Source of the DNA: Lysobacterales bacterium
GTDB lineage: Bacteria > Pseudomonadota > Gammaproteobacteria > Xanthomonadales > SZUA-5
DNA length: 64,000 bases
Assembly (NCBI GenBank): GCA_019187485.1
Contig: JABAQR010000048.1
Span: forward strand, 25,979 to 89,978
Reading direction: 5' to 3'
Position 1 is the stretch's first letter. Each line of letters opens with the position of its first letter. The notes beneath the pieces were generated by a model. It was not told where the DNA came from, made no database searches, and saw nothing but the letters and a program-made list of their open reading frames with translations. A program made the translations under genes and the position numbers. Positions 52,829-60,861 of this stretch are shown here, piece after piece.

Positions 52829-53500
52829 TCATGGTCTTCTCCGGTCCCGCCACCACAAGCGTGCGGCGTGGATCACGAAGGCGCAGAGCGCGGTCGGGAT
52901 CCCCCACAGCGCGATCGCCAGCGGAGACAGTTCGATGCCCTGTTCGGCCATGAAGGCCTGCATCAGCAGCACCGCTCCGAAGGCGAGGAACAGGTCCTCG
53001 CCGAAGAACAGGCCGACGTTGTCGGTGGCGGCACACAGCGCGCGGGTGCGTTCGCGCTCCGCCTCGCTCGGCGGTGTGGACGACTCGCACTCGATGGCGG
53101 CCTCGGCCATCGGCGCGATCAGCGGACGCACCATCGGCGCGTGGCCGCCAAGACTGGTGAGTCCGAAGGCGGCGGCCGACTGGCGCACCGCGAGGTAGCC
53201 GATCAGCAGACGGCCCGGGCGTGCGCCACGCCAGCCCGCGATCAGGCGCCCGGCAAGCTCGCGCAGTCCGTGCGCCTCCATCTGCGCAATTACCGGCAGC
53301 GCCAGCACGATCACCAGCAGGTAACGCACGTTGAGGAAGCTCTGGCCGAGCGTCTCCAGCCAATCGCGCCAATGCATGCCGGCAACGACCCCGGCCGCGA
53401 CGGCCGCCGCCAGCACCACGCGCGCCGGGTGCTGGCGCAACGCGAAACCGAGCACGACCACCAGCACCGGCAACAGAGCCCAGGCGGTGGCGAGGTTCAC
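52829..53500 (-). CDS. DUF969-family integral membrane protein
   Basis: A GTG start overlapping the pxpA stop (GTGA) gives (M)NLATAWALLPVLVVVLGF.... 223 aa, polytopic. Confidence 0.7.
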   Translation of the reverse strand: MNLATAWALLPVLVVVLGFALRQHPARVVLAAAVAAGVVAGMHWRDWLETLGQSFLNVRYLLVIVLALPVIAQMEAHGLRELAGRLIAGWRGARPGRLLIGYLAVRQSAAAFGLTSLGGHAPMVRPLIAPMAEAAIECESSTPPSEAERERTRALCAATDNVGLFFGEDLFLAFGAVLLMQAFMAEQGIELSPLAIALWGIPTALCAFVIHAARLWWRDRRRP

Positions 53501-54252
53501 GGCGCGCGCACCGCGATGCCCTCGGCCTCCAGCGCGACGCGCAACGCGCGCGCCAGAGCCACCGCCTCGGCGCCGTCGCCGTGCACGCACAGGGTGTCGA
53601 TCGCGAGCGCCAGCACACTACCGTCGCCGGCGCGGATGGACTCCCCGCGTGCCAGCGCGAGTCCCTGCGCAAGCCCGGCCTGCGCATCCAGCAAAGCGCC
53701 CGGCCGACTGCGCGGCAACAGACTGCCGTCGGCCTGGTAGCCGCGGTCTGCGAAACCCTCGACCAGGTAGCGGGCGCCTTTGGCGCGAGCGAGCTCGCGC
53801 AAGGCGCCTTGTGGCGGTCCGATGATCGCCAGACTGGCGTCGAGCGCGAGCACGCCATCCAGGAACGCGCCGGCGAGCGCCGCATCGCGCGCCAGCATGT
53901 GATAGAGCGCTCCGTGCGCCTTGGCGTGCCGCAGGCGTGCGCCGGCGGCACCGACGCACCCCTGCACCGCGGCCACCTGATAGCGCGCCAGTGCGCGCAG
54001 TTCGGCCGGCGACACCTGCATTTCGCGACGGCCAAAGCCGGCCAGATCCGGCAGGCCCGGATGCGCGCCGATGGCCACCCCGCGCGCCCGTGCATGTTCG
54101 ATGGTCTGCAAGAGCGTTAGTGGATCGCCGGCATGGAAGCCGCAGGCGAGGTTGCAGGAACTGACCACGTCCAGCAGCGCAGCATCCTCGCCCATGCGCC
54201 AGGGGCCGTAGCTCTCGCCCATGTCGGCGTTGAGATCGCAGTTCTCTCGCAT
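53497..54252 (-). CDS. pxpA: 5-oxoprolinase subunit A (LamB/YcsF family)
   Basis: The start MRENCDLNADMGESYG matches the family's DLNxDxGE N-terminus. CGFHAGDP motif. 251 aa. Confidence 0.88.
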   Translation of the reverse strand: MRENCDLNADMGESYGPWRMGEDAALLDVVSSCNLACGFHAGDPLTLLQTIEHARARGVAIGAHPGLPDLAGFGRREMQVSPAELRALARYQVAAVQGCVGAAGARLRHAKAHGALYHMLARDAALAGAFLDGVLALDASLAIIGPPQGALRELARAKGARYLVEGFADRGYQADGSLLPRSRPGALLDAQAGLAQGLALARGESIRAGDGSVLALAIDTLCVHGDGAEAVALARALRVALEAEGIAVRAP

Positions 54253-54357
54253 CGCGATTCCGCAGGAGAGGACCGGGGCCGCGGGTCGCGCGTGCTCCAC
54301 CGGCGGGATCGCGATCATGGCGCCACGGCAAAGCGTGTTCAACGCGCCCGTCGCGAT

Positions 54358-54663
54358 TCAACCCACGTCCGCGTGCATCTGCGTCAGCCGCGTGACCAGG
54401 TCGCGGGTCATGCCCAGCAGCAGGATGCTGCCGTCGCCGGCGTCGACGGCATGCACGATCTCGCGCGCCTGCTGACCGAGCTCATCGAAACCATACATGC
54501 CGGCGGAGCCTGCAAGCTTGTGGGCGAGGTCGCGCAGCTCGCGGATCGACTCCTGATTGCCATCACTCAAGCGGTCGAGCACCGCCTTGAAGGCATCTGC
54601 CTTGGCCGGGAAACTGTCCAGATAGCGTCGCCGCAGCGGCTCGGGTACGACTTCGATGCTCAT
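54358..54663 (-). CDS. Hpt (histidine phosphotransfer) domain protein
   Basis: 101 aa with LAHKLAGSAGMYGF (the phospho-accepting His context). Confidence 0.8.
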   Translation of the reverse strand: MSIEVVPEPLRRRYLDSFPAKADAFKAVLDRLSDGNQESIRELRDLAHKLAGSAGMYGFDELGQQAREIVHAVDAGDGSILLLGMTRDLVTRLTQMHADVG

Positions 54664-54686
54664 GAACCGGTCCTCCGCGGCGACCC

Positions 54687-55373
54687 TCAGGCCGCGCGTT
54701 CCAGGCGGTAACCGTGCTGGTACACCGAGATCAGGCGCCAGCCGTTGCTTTCGTCGATCTCCAGCTTCTTGCGGATGCGACTGATGTGGGCATCGACGGT
54801 GCGCGTGGTGATCGTCTGGCTGCGACCCCAGACACGCTCCAGCAACACACCGCGCTTCACCAGGCGGCCGGCGTTGGCGAACATGTAGGCGGCGAGGTCG
54901 AACTCCTTGCTGGTCAGTTCCACCGACTTGCCACGCAGGCTGATCGCACGGTGACCGACGTCGACCACGTAGGGATCGGTGCCCTGCAGCACCTCGGCGG
55001 GCTGGATCGCGCCGGCGCGACGACCAACCGCCTGGACGCGCGCGAGCAGTTCCCGTCGGCGCGGCGGCTTGACCAGATAATCGTCGGCACCGGCCTGCAA
55101 CGCGGCCACCACGTGCTCCTCGGAATCCTGCGCAGTGATGAAGACCACCGGGATGCGTCCGAGGAAACTCTGGCGCACCCAGGTCAGCACGTCCATGCCG
55201 GAGGACTCGGGCAGCACCCAGTCCAGCAGCAGCACGTCCGGCACGTCGCGGTGCAAGGCCCGGGTCATCTCGCCACCCGAACGGTACCAGCGCACCTCGT
55301 GACCATCCTCGGTCAACCAGTGGCTGATCATTTCGGCCTGGTCCGGGTCGTCTTCCAAAAGGTCGATGCGCAT
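54687..55373 (-). CDS. OmpR/PhoB-family response regulator
   Basis: Receiver domain (MRIDLLEDDPD..., LLLDWVLP) plus a winged-helix C-terminus (LTSKEFDLAAYMF...TVDAHISRIRKKL). Confidence 0.9.
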   Translation of the reverse strand: MRIDLLEDDPDQAEMISHWLTEDGHEVRWYRSGGEMTRALHRDVPDVLLLDWVLPESSGMDVLTWVRQSFLGRIPVVFITAQDSEEHVVAALQAGADDYLVKPPRRRELLARVQAVGRRAGAIQPAEVLQGTDPYVVDVGHRAISLRGKSVELTSKEFDLAAYMFANAGRLVKRGVLLERVWGRSQTITTRTVDAHISRIRKKLEIDESNGWRLISVYQHGYRLERAA

Positions 55374-55466
55374 GCCTTCGCTCCCGTCGCTTTGCGCGCT
55401 TCTAGGTTTTACTCGATCGTCGCAAGTGTATCCGAAGCAAGTACCGCCGGTCGCCCCCGACTCTTG

Positions 55467-56879
55467 TCACACGCGGCCGTAGCGGTCCTCATAACGGACG
55501 ATATCGTCCTCGCCGAAATAGTCGCCGCACTGGACTTCGATCAGGTGCAGGTCGGCGTCGGTGGCATTCTCCAGCCGATGCAGGGTTTGTACCGGAATGT
55601 GCACCGATTCGTTGCGCCGCAGCAGGAATTCGCGTTCGCCGACGCGCACCTTGGCGGTGCCGGACACCACCGTCCAGTGCTCGCTGCGGCGATGGTGCAT
55701 CTGCAGCGACAGCACCTGCCCGGGCTTGACCGTGAGCCGCTTGACCTTGCAGTCCGGCGCGTCCTCGATCACCGAATAGCTGCCCCACGGCCGGTGCACG
55801 GTCGCGTGCACGTCCGCGGCCTCGTGCTTCTGCGAACGCAGCGCGTCGACCACCTGCTTGACCGCCTGCGCCTTGTTGCGCGTGGACACCAGCACCGCGT
55901 CGCCGGTATCGACGATCACCAGGTCGTCGACGCCGACCGCGGCCACCAGCCGCCCCTGCGACTGCACATAGCAGTTGCGCGCGTCGACCAGCACCGCCGG
56001 CCCGACCGTGCGGTTGCCGGCATCGTCGCCGGGATCGAGGTCGCTGATCGCCTGCCACGAGCCGATGTCGTTCCAGTCGAAGCTGGCCGGGATGACGGCG
56101 CGGCGGCTGGCTTTCTCCATCACCGCATAGTCGACCGAAATGTCCGGCAGCCGCGCGAAGGCCTCGCGCTCGAACTCGATCGGCATCGCCCCGGTGTGCG
56201 CCTGCGCATAGCATTCGCGCGCCGCTGCGAGCAGCGCCGGGCAGGTCTGCACCATCGTCTCCAGCAGGGCGCCGGCGGCGAAGCAGAACATGCCGGAGTT
56301 CCAACTGTAGTCGCCGCTCGCCAGATAGCCCTGCGCGGTCTGCGCGTCGGGCTTCTCGACGAAGGCCTCGATCTCGCGGCCGTGCGTCAGCGATGCACCG
56401 GCGCGGATGTAGCCGAATCCGGTCTCCGGTCGTGTCGGCAGGATGCCGAAGGTGACGAGGTAGCCCGCAGCGGCGAGCGCGCGCGCCTGGCGCACGGCCT
56501 CGGCGAAGCTGTCGAGATCGCGGATCAGGTGGTCCGCAGGCAGCACCAGCAACTGCGCATCCGGGCCGTGGCGGTGTTCGATATCGAGCGCCGCCATCGC
56601 CAGCGCCGGAGCGGTGTTGCGCCCCACGGGTTCGAGCAGGAAACGCGCGTCGGAGTCGGCGAGCAGGCCGCGGTATTCGTCGCGGGTGATGAAGAAATGC
56701 TCGCGCGCGGTGACCGTGATCACTTCCTCGCCGACTGCCACCGCCTGCGCGCGCTTCAAGGTCTTGCGCAGCAGCGATTCGCCATCGCCCATCTGCATGA
56801 AGGGTTTCGGATAGGCGCGCCGCGAGACCGGCCACAGCCGGGTGCCGGCGCCGCCGGACAGGATCACGGGAATCAGCAT
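55467..56879 (-). CDS. xanB: Bifunctional mannose-1-phosphate guanylyltransferase / mannose-6-phosphate isomerase (type II PMI-GMP)
   Basis: MLIPVILSGGAGTRLWPVSRRAYPKPF and a C-terminal cupin (HHRRSEHWTVVSGTA). 470 aa. Confidence 0.92.
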   Translation of the reverse strand: MLIPVILSGGAGTRLWPVSRRAYPKPFMQMGDGESLLRKTLKRAQAVAVGEEVITVTAREHFFITRDEYRGLLADSDARFLLEPVGRNTAPALAMAALDIEHRHGPDAQLLVLPADHLIRDLDSFAEAVRQARALAAAGYLVTFGILPTRPETGFGYIRAGASLTHGREIEAFVEKPDAQTAQGYLASGDYSWNSGMFCFAAGALLETMVQTCPALLAAARECYAQAHTGAMPIEFEREAFARLPDISVDYAVMEKASRRAVIPASFDWNDIGSWQAISDLDPGDDAGNRTVGPAVLVDARNCYVQSQGRLVAAVGVDDLVIVDTGDAVLVSTRNKAQAVKQVVDALRSQKHEAADVHATVHRPWGSYSVIEDAPDCKVKRLTVKPGQVLSLQMHHRRSEHWTVVSGTAKVRVGEREFLLRRNESVHIPVQTLHRLENATDADLHLIEVQCGDYFGEDDIVRYEDRYGRV

Positions 56880-57835
56880 CGTCGAACCTCGAATCCGGTT
56901 GCGGAGAGCGCCCGCCGCGCCTCGGCCAGCTCCAGCAGCGTCTGCTGCAGGCCCTGCGACCAGTGGGGCGGCGTCACGCCGAAAACGGCGCGCAGGCGGG
57001 TGGTGTCCAGCACGGAGTATGCCGGACGGGGCGCCTTCGCCGGGTAATCGCTGCTGGCGATGGCGCGCACCGGCGTCGCCTGCGGCAACAGGCCCAGCGC
57101 GTGCGCCTGGACCATGATCGCGCGGGCGAAACCGCACCAACTGACCTGGCCGGCGCCGGCGACGTGGCAGGCGCCTTCGAGCGCGCGCCGGCCCGCCGCG
57201 TCCGTCTGCGACCAGCGGCGCACCAGCGTCGCCGTGGTGTCGGCGAGGAAACGCGCGGTCGTCGGGCAGCCGACCTGGTCGTCGACCACGGTCAGTTCCG
57301 GACGCTGCGCGGCCGCGCGCAGCATCGTCAGCAGGAAATTGCGCCCACGCGCAGCGTACACCCAGGCGGTGCGCAGTAGCAGAAAGGCACATCCGGAAAC
57401 CGCGAGCGCCTGTTCTCCAGCGAGCTTGCTGCGCCCGTAGACGCTCTTCGGCGCGGTCGCGTGGTCCTCGCGATACGGTTCCCGGCCGTCGCCGCCGAAC
57501 ACGTAGTCGGTGGAATAGTGCAGCAGCAGCGCGCCGCGCTCGCGCGCGACGTCCGCCAGCACCACGACCGCGCGATGGTTCAACGCATCGGCGAGTTCGG
57601 GCTCGTCCTCGGCCGCATCCACCGCGGTGTGCGCGGCGGCATTGACGATCACGTCCGGCGCGAGCGCACGCACGCCAGCGCGCAGGGCCTCGGCGTCAGC
57701 GAGATCCAGCGCATGCGCGATGCCCAGCGCCGGATCGGCGACCCGGTCGGCGCACAGGATCTCGCCGAGTCCAGCGAGCGAACGAGCGGCCTCGAATCCG
57801 ACCTGGCCGCCGGCACCGGTGATCAGGATGCGCAT
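56873..57835 (-). CDS. rmlD: dTDP-4-dehydrorhamnose reductase
   Basis: MRILITGAGGQVG and STDYVFGG motifs. Overlaps the xanB start by 7 nt. Confidence 0.92.
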   Translation of the reverse strand: MRILITGAGGQVGFEAARSLAGLGEILCADRVADPALGIAHALDLADAEALRAGVRALAPDVIVNAAAHTAVDAAEDEPELADALNHRAVVVLADVARERGALLLHYSTDYVFGGDGREPYREDHATAPKSVYGRSKLAGEQALAVSGCAFLLLRTAWVYAARGRNFLLTMLRAAAQRPELTVVDDQVGCPTTARFLADTTATLVRRWSQTDAAGRRALEGACHVAGAGQVSWCGFARAIMVQAHALGLLPQATPVRAIASSDYPAKAPRPAYSVLDTTRLRAVFGVTPPHWSQGLQQTLLELAEARRALSATGFEVRRC

Positions 57836-57847
57836 GGCGGGAAGAGC

Positions 57848-57984
57848 GGGGGCACGGGGCACGGGGCACGGGGCACGGGAGGAGCGGGCGCGCGGCAAGT
57901 GCCGGATCCGAGGGCTCGACGGAGCGAAGGCTCGCACCTCATTCGCCAGCCTCCCGTGCCCCGTGCCCCGTGCCCCGTGCCCCA
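57848..57984. repeat. Palindromic tandem-unit element, copy H (perfect 4 x GGCACGG arms)
   Basis: Left arm GGGGGCACGGGGCACGGGGCACGGGGCACGGGA, a 71-nt centre, and right arm TCCCGTGCCCCGTGCCCCGTGCCCCGTGCCCCA. It lies at the rfbC-rmlD junction and overlaps the rfbC 3' end. Confidence 0.92.
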
Positions 57985-58532
57985 TCTCCCGGCAACCACT
58001 CTGCCGGCACATCGCGCAGCCGCGGCGCGGCGCGGTCCTTGGCCGACAGGATCGGCTCCGGCAGCGGCCAGTGCGCGCCGATGTCGGGGTCGTTCCAGGC
58101 GATGCCGCGGTCGCAGGCCGGATCGTACAGCTCGGTCACGAGATAGCTGAAGGTGGCGTATTCGCTGAGCACCTGGAAGCCGTGCAGGCAACCGGGCGGC
58201 ACGTAGATCATGCGGTGGTTGTCGGCCGAGAGCTCGACGCCGTACCACTGGCCGAAGGTCGCCGAGCCGCGACGCACATCCACGGCGACATCCCAGACCG
58301 CGCCCTCGACCACCCACACCAGCTTGCCCTGCGGCTTCGGCCACTGGTGGTGCAGGCCGCGCAGCACGCCGCGCGCGGAGCGCGAGGTGTTGGCCTGCGG
58401 GAACTCGGTCGGCAGGCCGGCGGCGGCGAAGCGCTCGCGGTTGTAGGCCTCCAGGAACCAGCCGCGGCTGTCGCCGTGCACCACCGGCTCGATCACGACC
58501 ACGCCCGGAATCGTCGTCTCGACCAGCTTCAC
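57939..58532 (-). CDS. rfbC: dTDP-4-dehydrorhamnose 3,5-epimerase
   Basis: A GTG start overlapping the rmlA stop (GTGA) gives (M)[30 protein letters not shown] motif. The last 14 or so codons ([14 protein letters not shown]) are encoded by repeat copy H. Confidence 0.9.
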   Translation of the reverse strand: MKLVETTIPGVVVIEPVVHGDSRGWFLEAYNRERFAAAGLPTEFPQANTSRSARGVLRGLHHQWPKPQGKLVWVVEGAVWDVAVDVRRGSATFGQWYGVELSADNHRMIYVPPGCLHGFQVLSEYATFSYLVTELYDPACDRGIAWNDPDIGAHWPLPEPILSAKDRAAPRLRDVPAEWLPGDGARGTGHGAREAGE

Positions 58533-59410
58533 GCGCGCACCAGCCCGCGCAGGTAGGCGCCGTAGCCGCTTTTGGCCAGCGGCGCGGCCAGCTTCAGCAG
58601 GTCCTCGGCGCCGATCCAGCCCTGCTCGAAGGCGATCTCCTCCGGGCAGGCGATCTTCAGGCCCTGGCGTTCCTCGATGGTCTGGATGAAGTTGCCGGCC
58701 TGGATCAGCGAATCGTGGGTGCCGGTGTCCAACCAGGCGTAGCCGCGGCCCATGCGTTCGACCTGCAGGCTGCCGTCGTGCAGGTAGCAGCGGTTCAGGT
58801 CGGTGATCTCGAGCTCGCCGCGCGGCGAAGGCTGCAACGCCGCAGCGAAATCGCAGGCGCGCTGGTCGTAGAAGTAGAGTCCGGTGACCGCGTAGTTCGA
58901 CTTCGGCTGCGGCGGCTTTTCCTCGATCGACAACACCCGCCCGTCGGCGCCGAACTCGGCCACGCCGTAGCGCTCCGGATCGCGCACCCAGTAGCCGAAC
59001 ACGGTCGCGCCGCACTCGCGCGCATCGGCGCGCGCGAGCATCTGGGAGAGGCCCTGGCCGTAGAAGATGTTGTCGCCGAGCACCAGGCAGGAAGGCCGCC
59101 CGCCGACGAAGTCGCGGCCGATGCGGAAGGCCTCGGCGAGACCGTTCGGCTCCGGCTGCACGGCGTACCCGATCTGCAGTCCCCACTGCGAGCCGTCGCC
59201 GAGCAGGCGCTGGAACAACGCCTGTTCGTGCGGGGTGTTGATCACCAGGATGCGACGGATGCCGGCCAGCATCAGCACCGACAGCGGGTAGTAGATCATC
59301 GGCTTGTCGTAGACCGGCAGCAGCTGCTTGCTGACCGCGATGGTCAGCGGATGCAGGCGCGTGCCGGCGCCACCGGCGAGGATGATCCCGACGCGTTCGC
59401 TGGCACTCAT
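58529..59410 (-). CDS. rmlA: Glucose-1-phosphate thymidylyltransferase
   Basis: [34 protein letters not shown]. Confidence 0.95.
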   Translation of the reverse strand: MSASERVGIILAGGAGTRLHPLTIAVSKQLLPVYDKPMIYYPLSVLMLAGIRRILVINTPHEQALFQRLLGDGSQWGLQIGYAVQPEPNGLAEAFRIGRDFVGGRPSCLVLGDNIFYGQGLSQMLARADARECGATVFGYWVRDPERYGVAEFGADGRVLSIEEKPPQPKSNYAVTGLYFYDQRACDFAAALQPSPRGELEITDLNRCYLHDGSLQVERMGRGYAWLDTGTHDSLIQAGNFIQTIEERQGLKIACPEEIAFEQGWIGAEDLLKLAAPLAKSGYGAYLRGLVRA

Positions 59411-60468
59411 GCGACCAGCCCCAGGCGTTCGCCGCGGTAGCTGCCGTCGCGGATGCGCGCGCACCAGTCCTGGTGTGCCAGGTACCAGTCGATGGTGCGC
59501 TCGATGCCGCTGTCGAAGCTCTGCGCCGGCGCCCAGCCGGTTTCGCGCTTCAGCTTGCTGGCGTCGATCGCGTAGCGGCGGTCGTGGCCGGGGCGGTCGG
59601 CGACGTAGCTGATCAGGCTGCGGCGGCCGCGACCGTCGGCCAGTGGCCGGCGCGCGTCGAGCAGATCGCAGATGCGGTGCACCACGGCGATGTTCTCCAT
59701 TTCGGCGTCGCCACCGACGTTGTAGACCTCGCCAGGGCGTCCGCTCGCAAGCACGCGCCGGATCGCCTCGCAGTGGTCCTCCACGTACAGCCAGTCGCGC
59801 ACATTGCGGCCGTCGCCGTAGACCGGCAGCGCCTGCCCCGCCAGCGCCTTGCCGATCATCAGCGGGATCAGCTTCTCCGGGAACTGCAGCGGTCCGTAGT
59901 TGTTCGAGCAGTTGGTGGTGAGCACCGGCAGCCCGTAGGTGTGGTGCCAGGCGCGCACCAGGTGGTCGGAGGCCGCCTTGCTCGCCGAATATGGCGAGTT
60001 CGGCGCGTACGGCGTGCTCTCGCTGAAGCGGCCTTCGGCGCCGAGCGAGCCGTAGACCTCGTCGGTGGAGACGTGCAGGAAACGGAACGCCGCCTTCGCG
60101 TCGGCGTCGAGCGTGCGCCAGTACGCCAGGGTGCATTCGAGCAGGCTCAGGGTGCCGACGACATTGGTCTGCACGAACGCCGCCGGCCCTTCGATCGAGC
60201 GATCGACGTGGCTCTCGGCGGCGAAGTTGACGATCGCGTCGGGACGATGTTCGCGCAGCAGGCTGGCCACCAGTTCGCGATTTCCGATGTCGCCGTGCAC
60301 GAAGCGGTGGTTCGGGTCGCGCGCCACCGGCGCCAGCGACTCGAGGTTGCCCGCATAGGTCAGGGCATCCAGGTTGACGATGCGCACGCCAGCGCGCGCC
60401 AGCGTCGACAGCACGAAGTTGGCACCGATGAAACCGGCGCCGCCGGTGACCAGCCAGGTCGAATGCAT
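59407..60468 (-). CDS. rmlB: dTDP-glucose 4,6-dehydratase
   Basis: [19 protein letters not shown] and [15 protein letters not shown] (YxxxK). Confidence 0.95.
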   Translation of the reverse strand: MHSTWLVTGGAGFIGANFVLSTLARAGVRIVNLDALTYAGNLESLAPVARDPNHRFVHGDIGNRELVASLLREHRPDAIVNFAAESHVDRSIEGPAAFVQTNVVGTLSLLECTLAYWRTLDADAKAAFRFLHVSTDEVYGSLGAEGRFSESTPYAPNSPYSASKAASDHLVRAWHHTYGLPVLTTNCSNNYGPLQFPEKLIPLMIGKALAGQALPVYGDGRNVRDWLYVEDHCEAIRRVLASGRPGEVYNVGGDAEMENIAVVHRICDLLDARRPLADGRGRRSLISYVADRPGHDRRYAIDASKLKRETGWAPAQSFDSGIERTIDWYLAHQDWCARIRDGSYRGERLGLVA

Positions 60469-60861
60469 GGGCAATCCGTCGAATGAAGAGAAAGCGTGTG
60501 CCGGCCACCGGCCGAACCAGCGCCCTGCGACCACGGCTCGCGCGCGAAGTTCGCGAGCATAGCGCGGAGCGTGTCGGTGGTCATCCGCCGCCGACCATGC
60601 AAGTCCCTGTTTTCGCGCGTGAGTTCGTTGAAAACCAGACATTGATGGTCGACCGCGCAGGCGCGGCCCCCGTCCGCTCCGACGTCGCACGTTGCGCTGG
60701 CGATGCGCGTGCCCGCGCTCGATGAGCCGAGAGTGGCCAGTCCCATCGCTGAACGGGATTCGCTCATTCGCACCGGGCCGTCCGCTGGCTGCCGCTATGC
60801 TTGCCGCCCCCGCGGACGGGGCCGCGCGTGGCCCTGTCGTCCCTTTGCCGATCGTGCCGCC

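Noticed and set aside
57848-57984. The tandem heptamer arrays (GGCACGG and others) as a CRISPR array or as coding Gly/Thr/His repeats.
   Set aside because: The units are 7-9 nt with no spacers, only 3-4 per arm, and always paired with an inverted arm. No cas genes are present. A period of 7 nt is not a multiple of 3.
60469-60861. A JUMPstart/ops element upstream of rmlB.
   Set aside because: I looked for GGCGGTAG on the coding strand and did not see it. I cannot exclude a diverged version.
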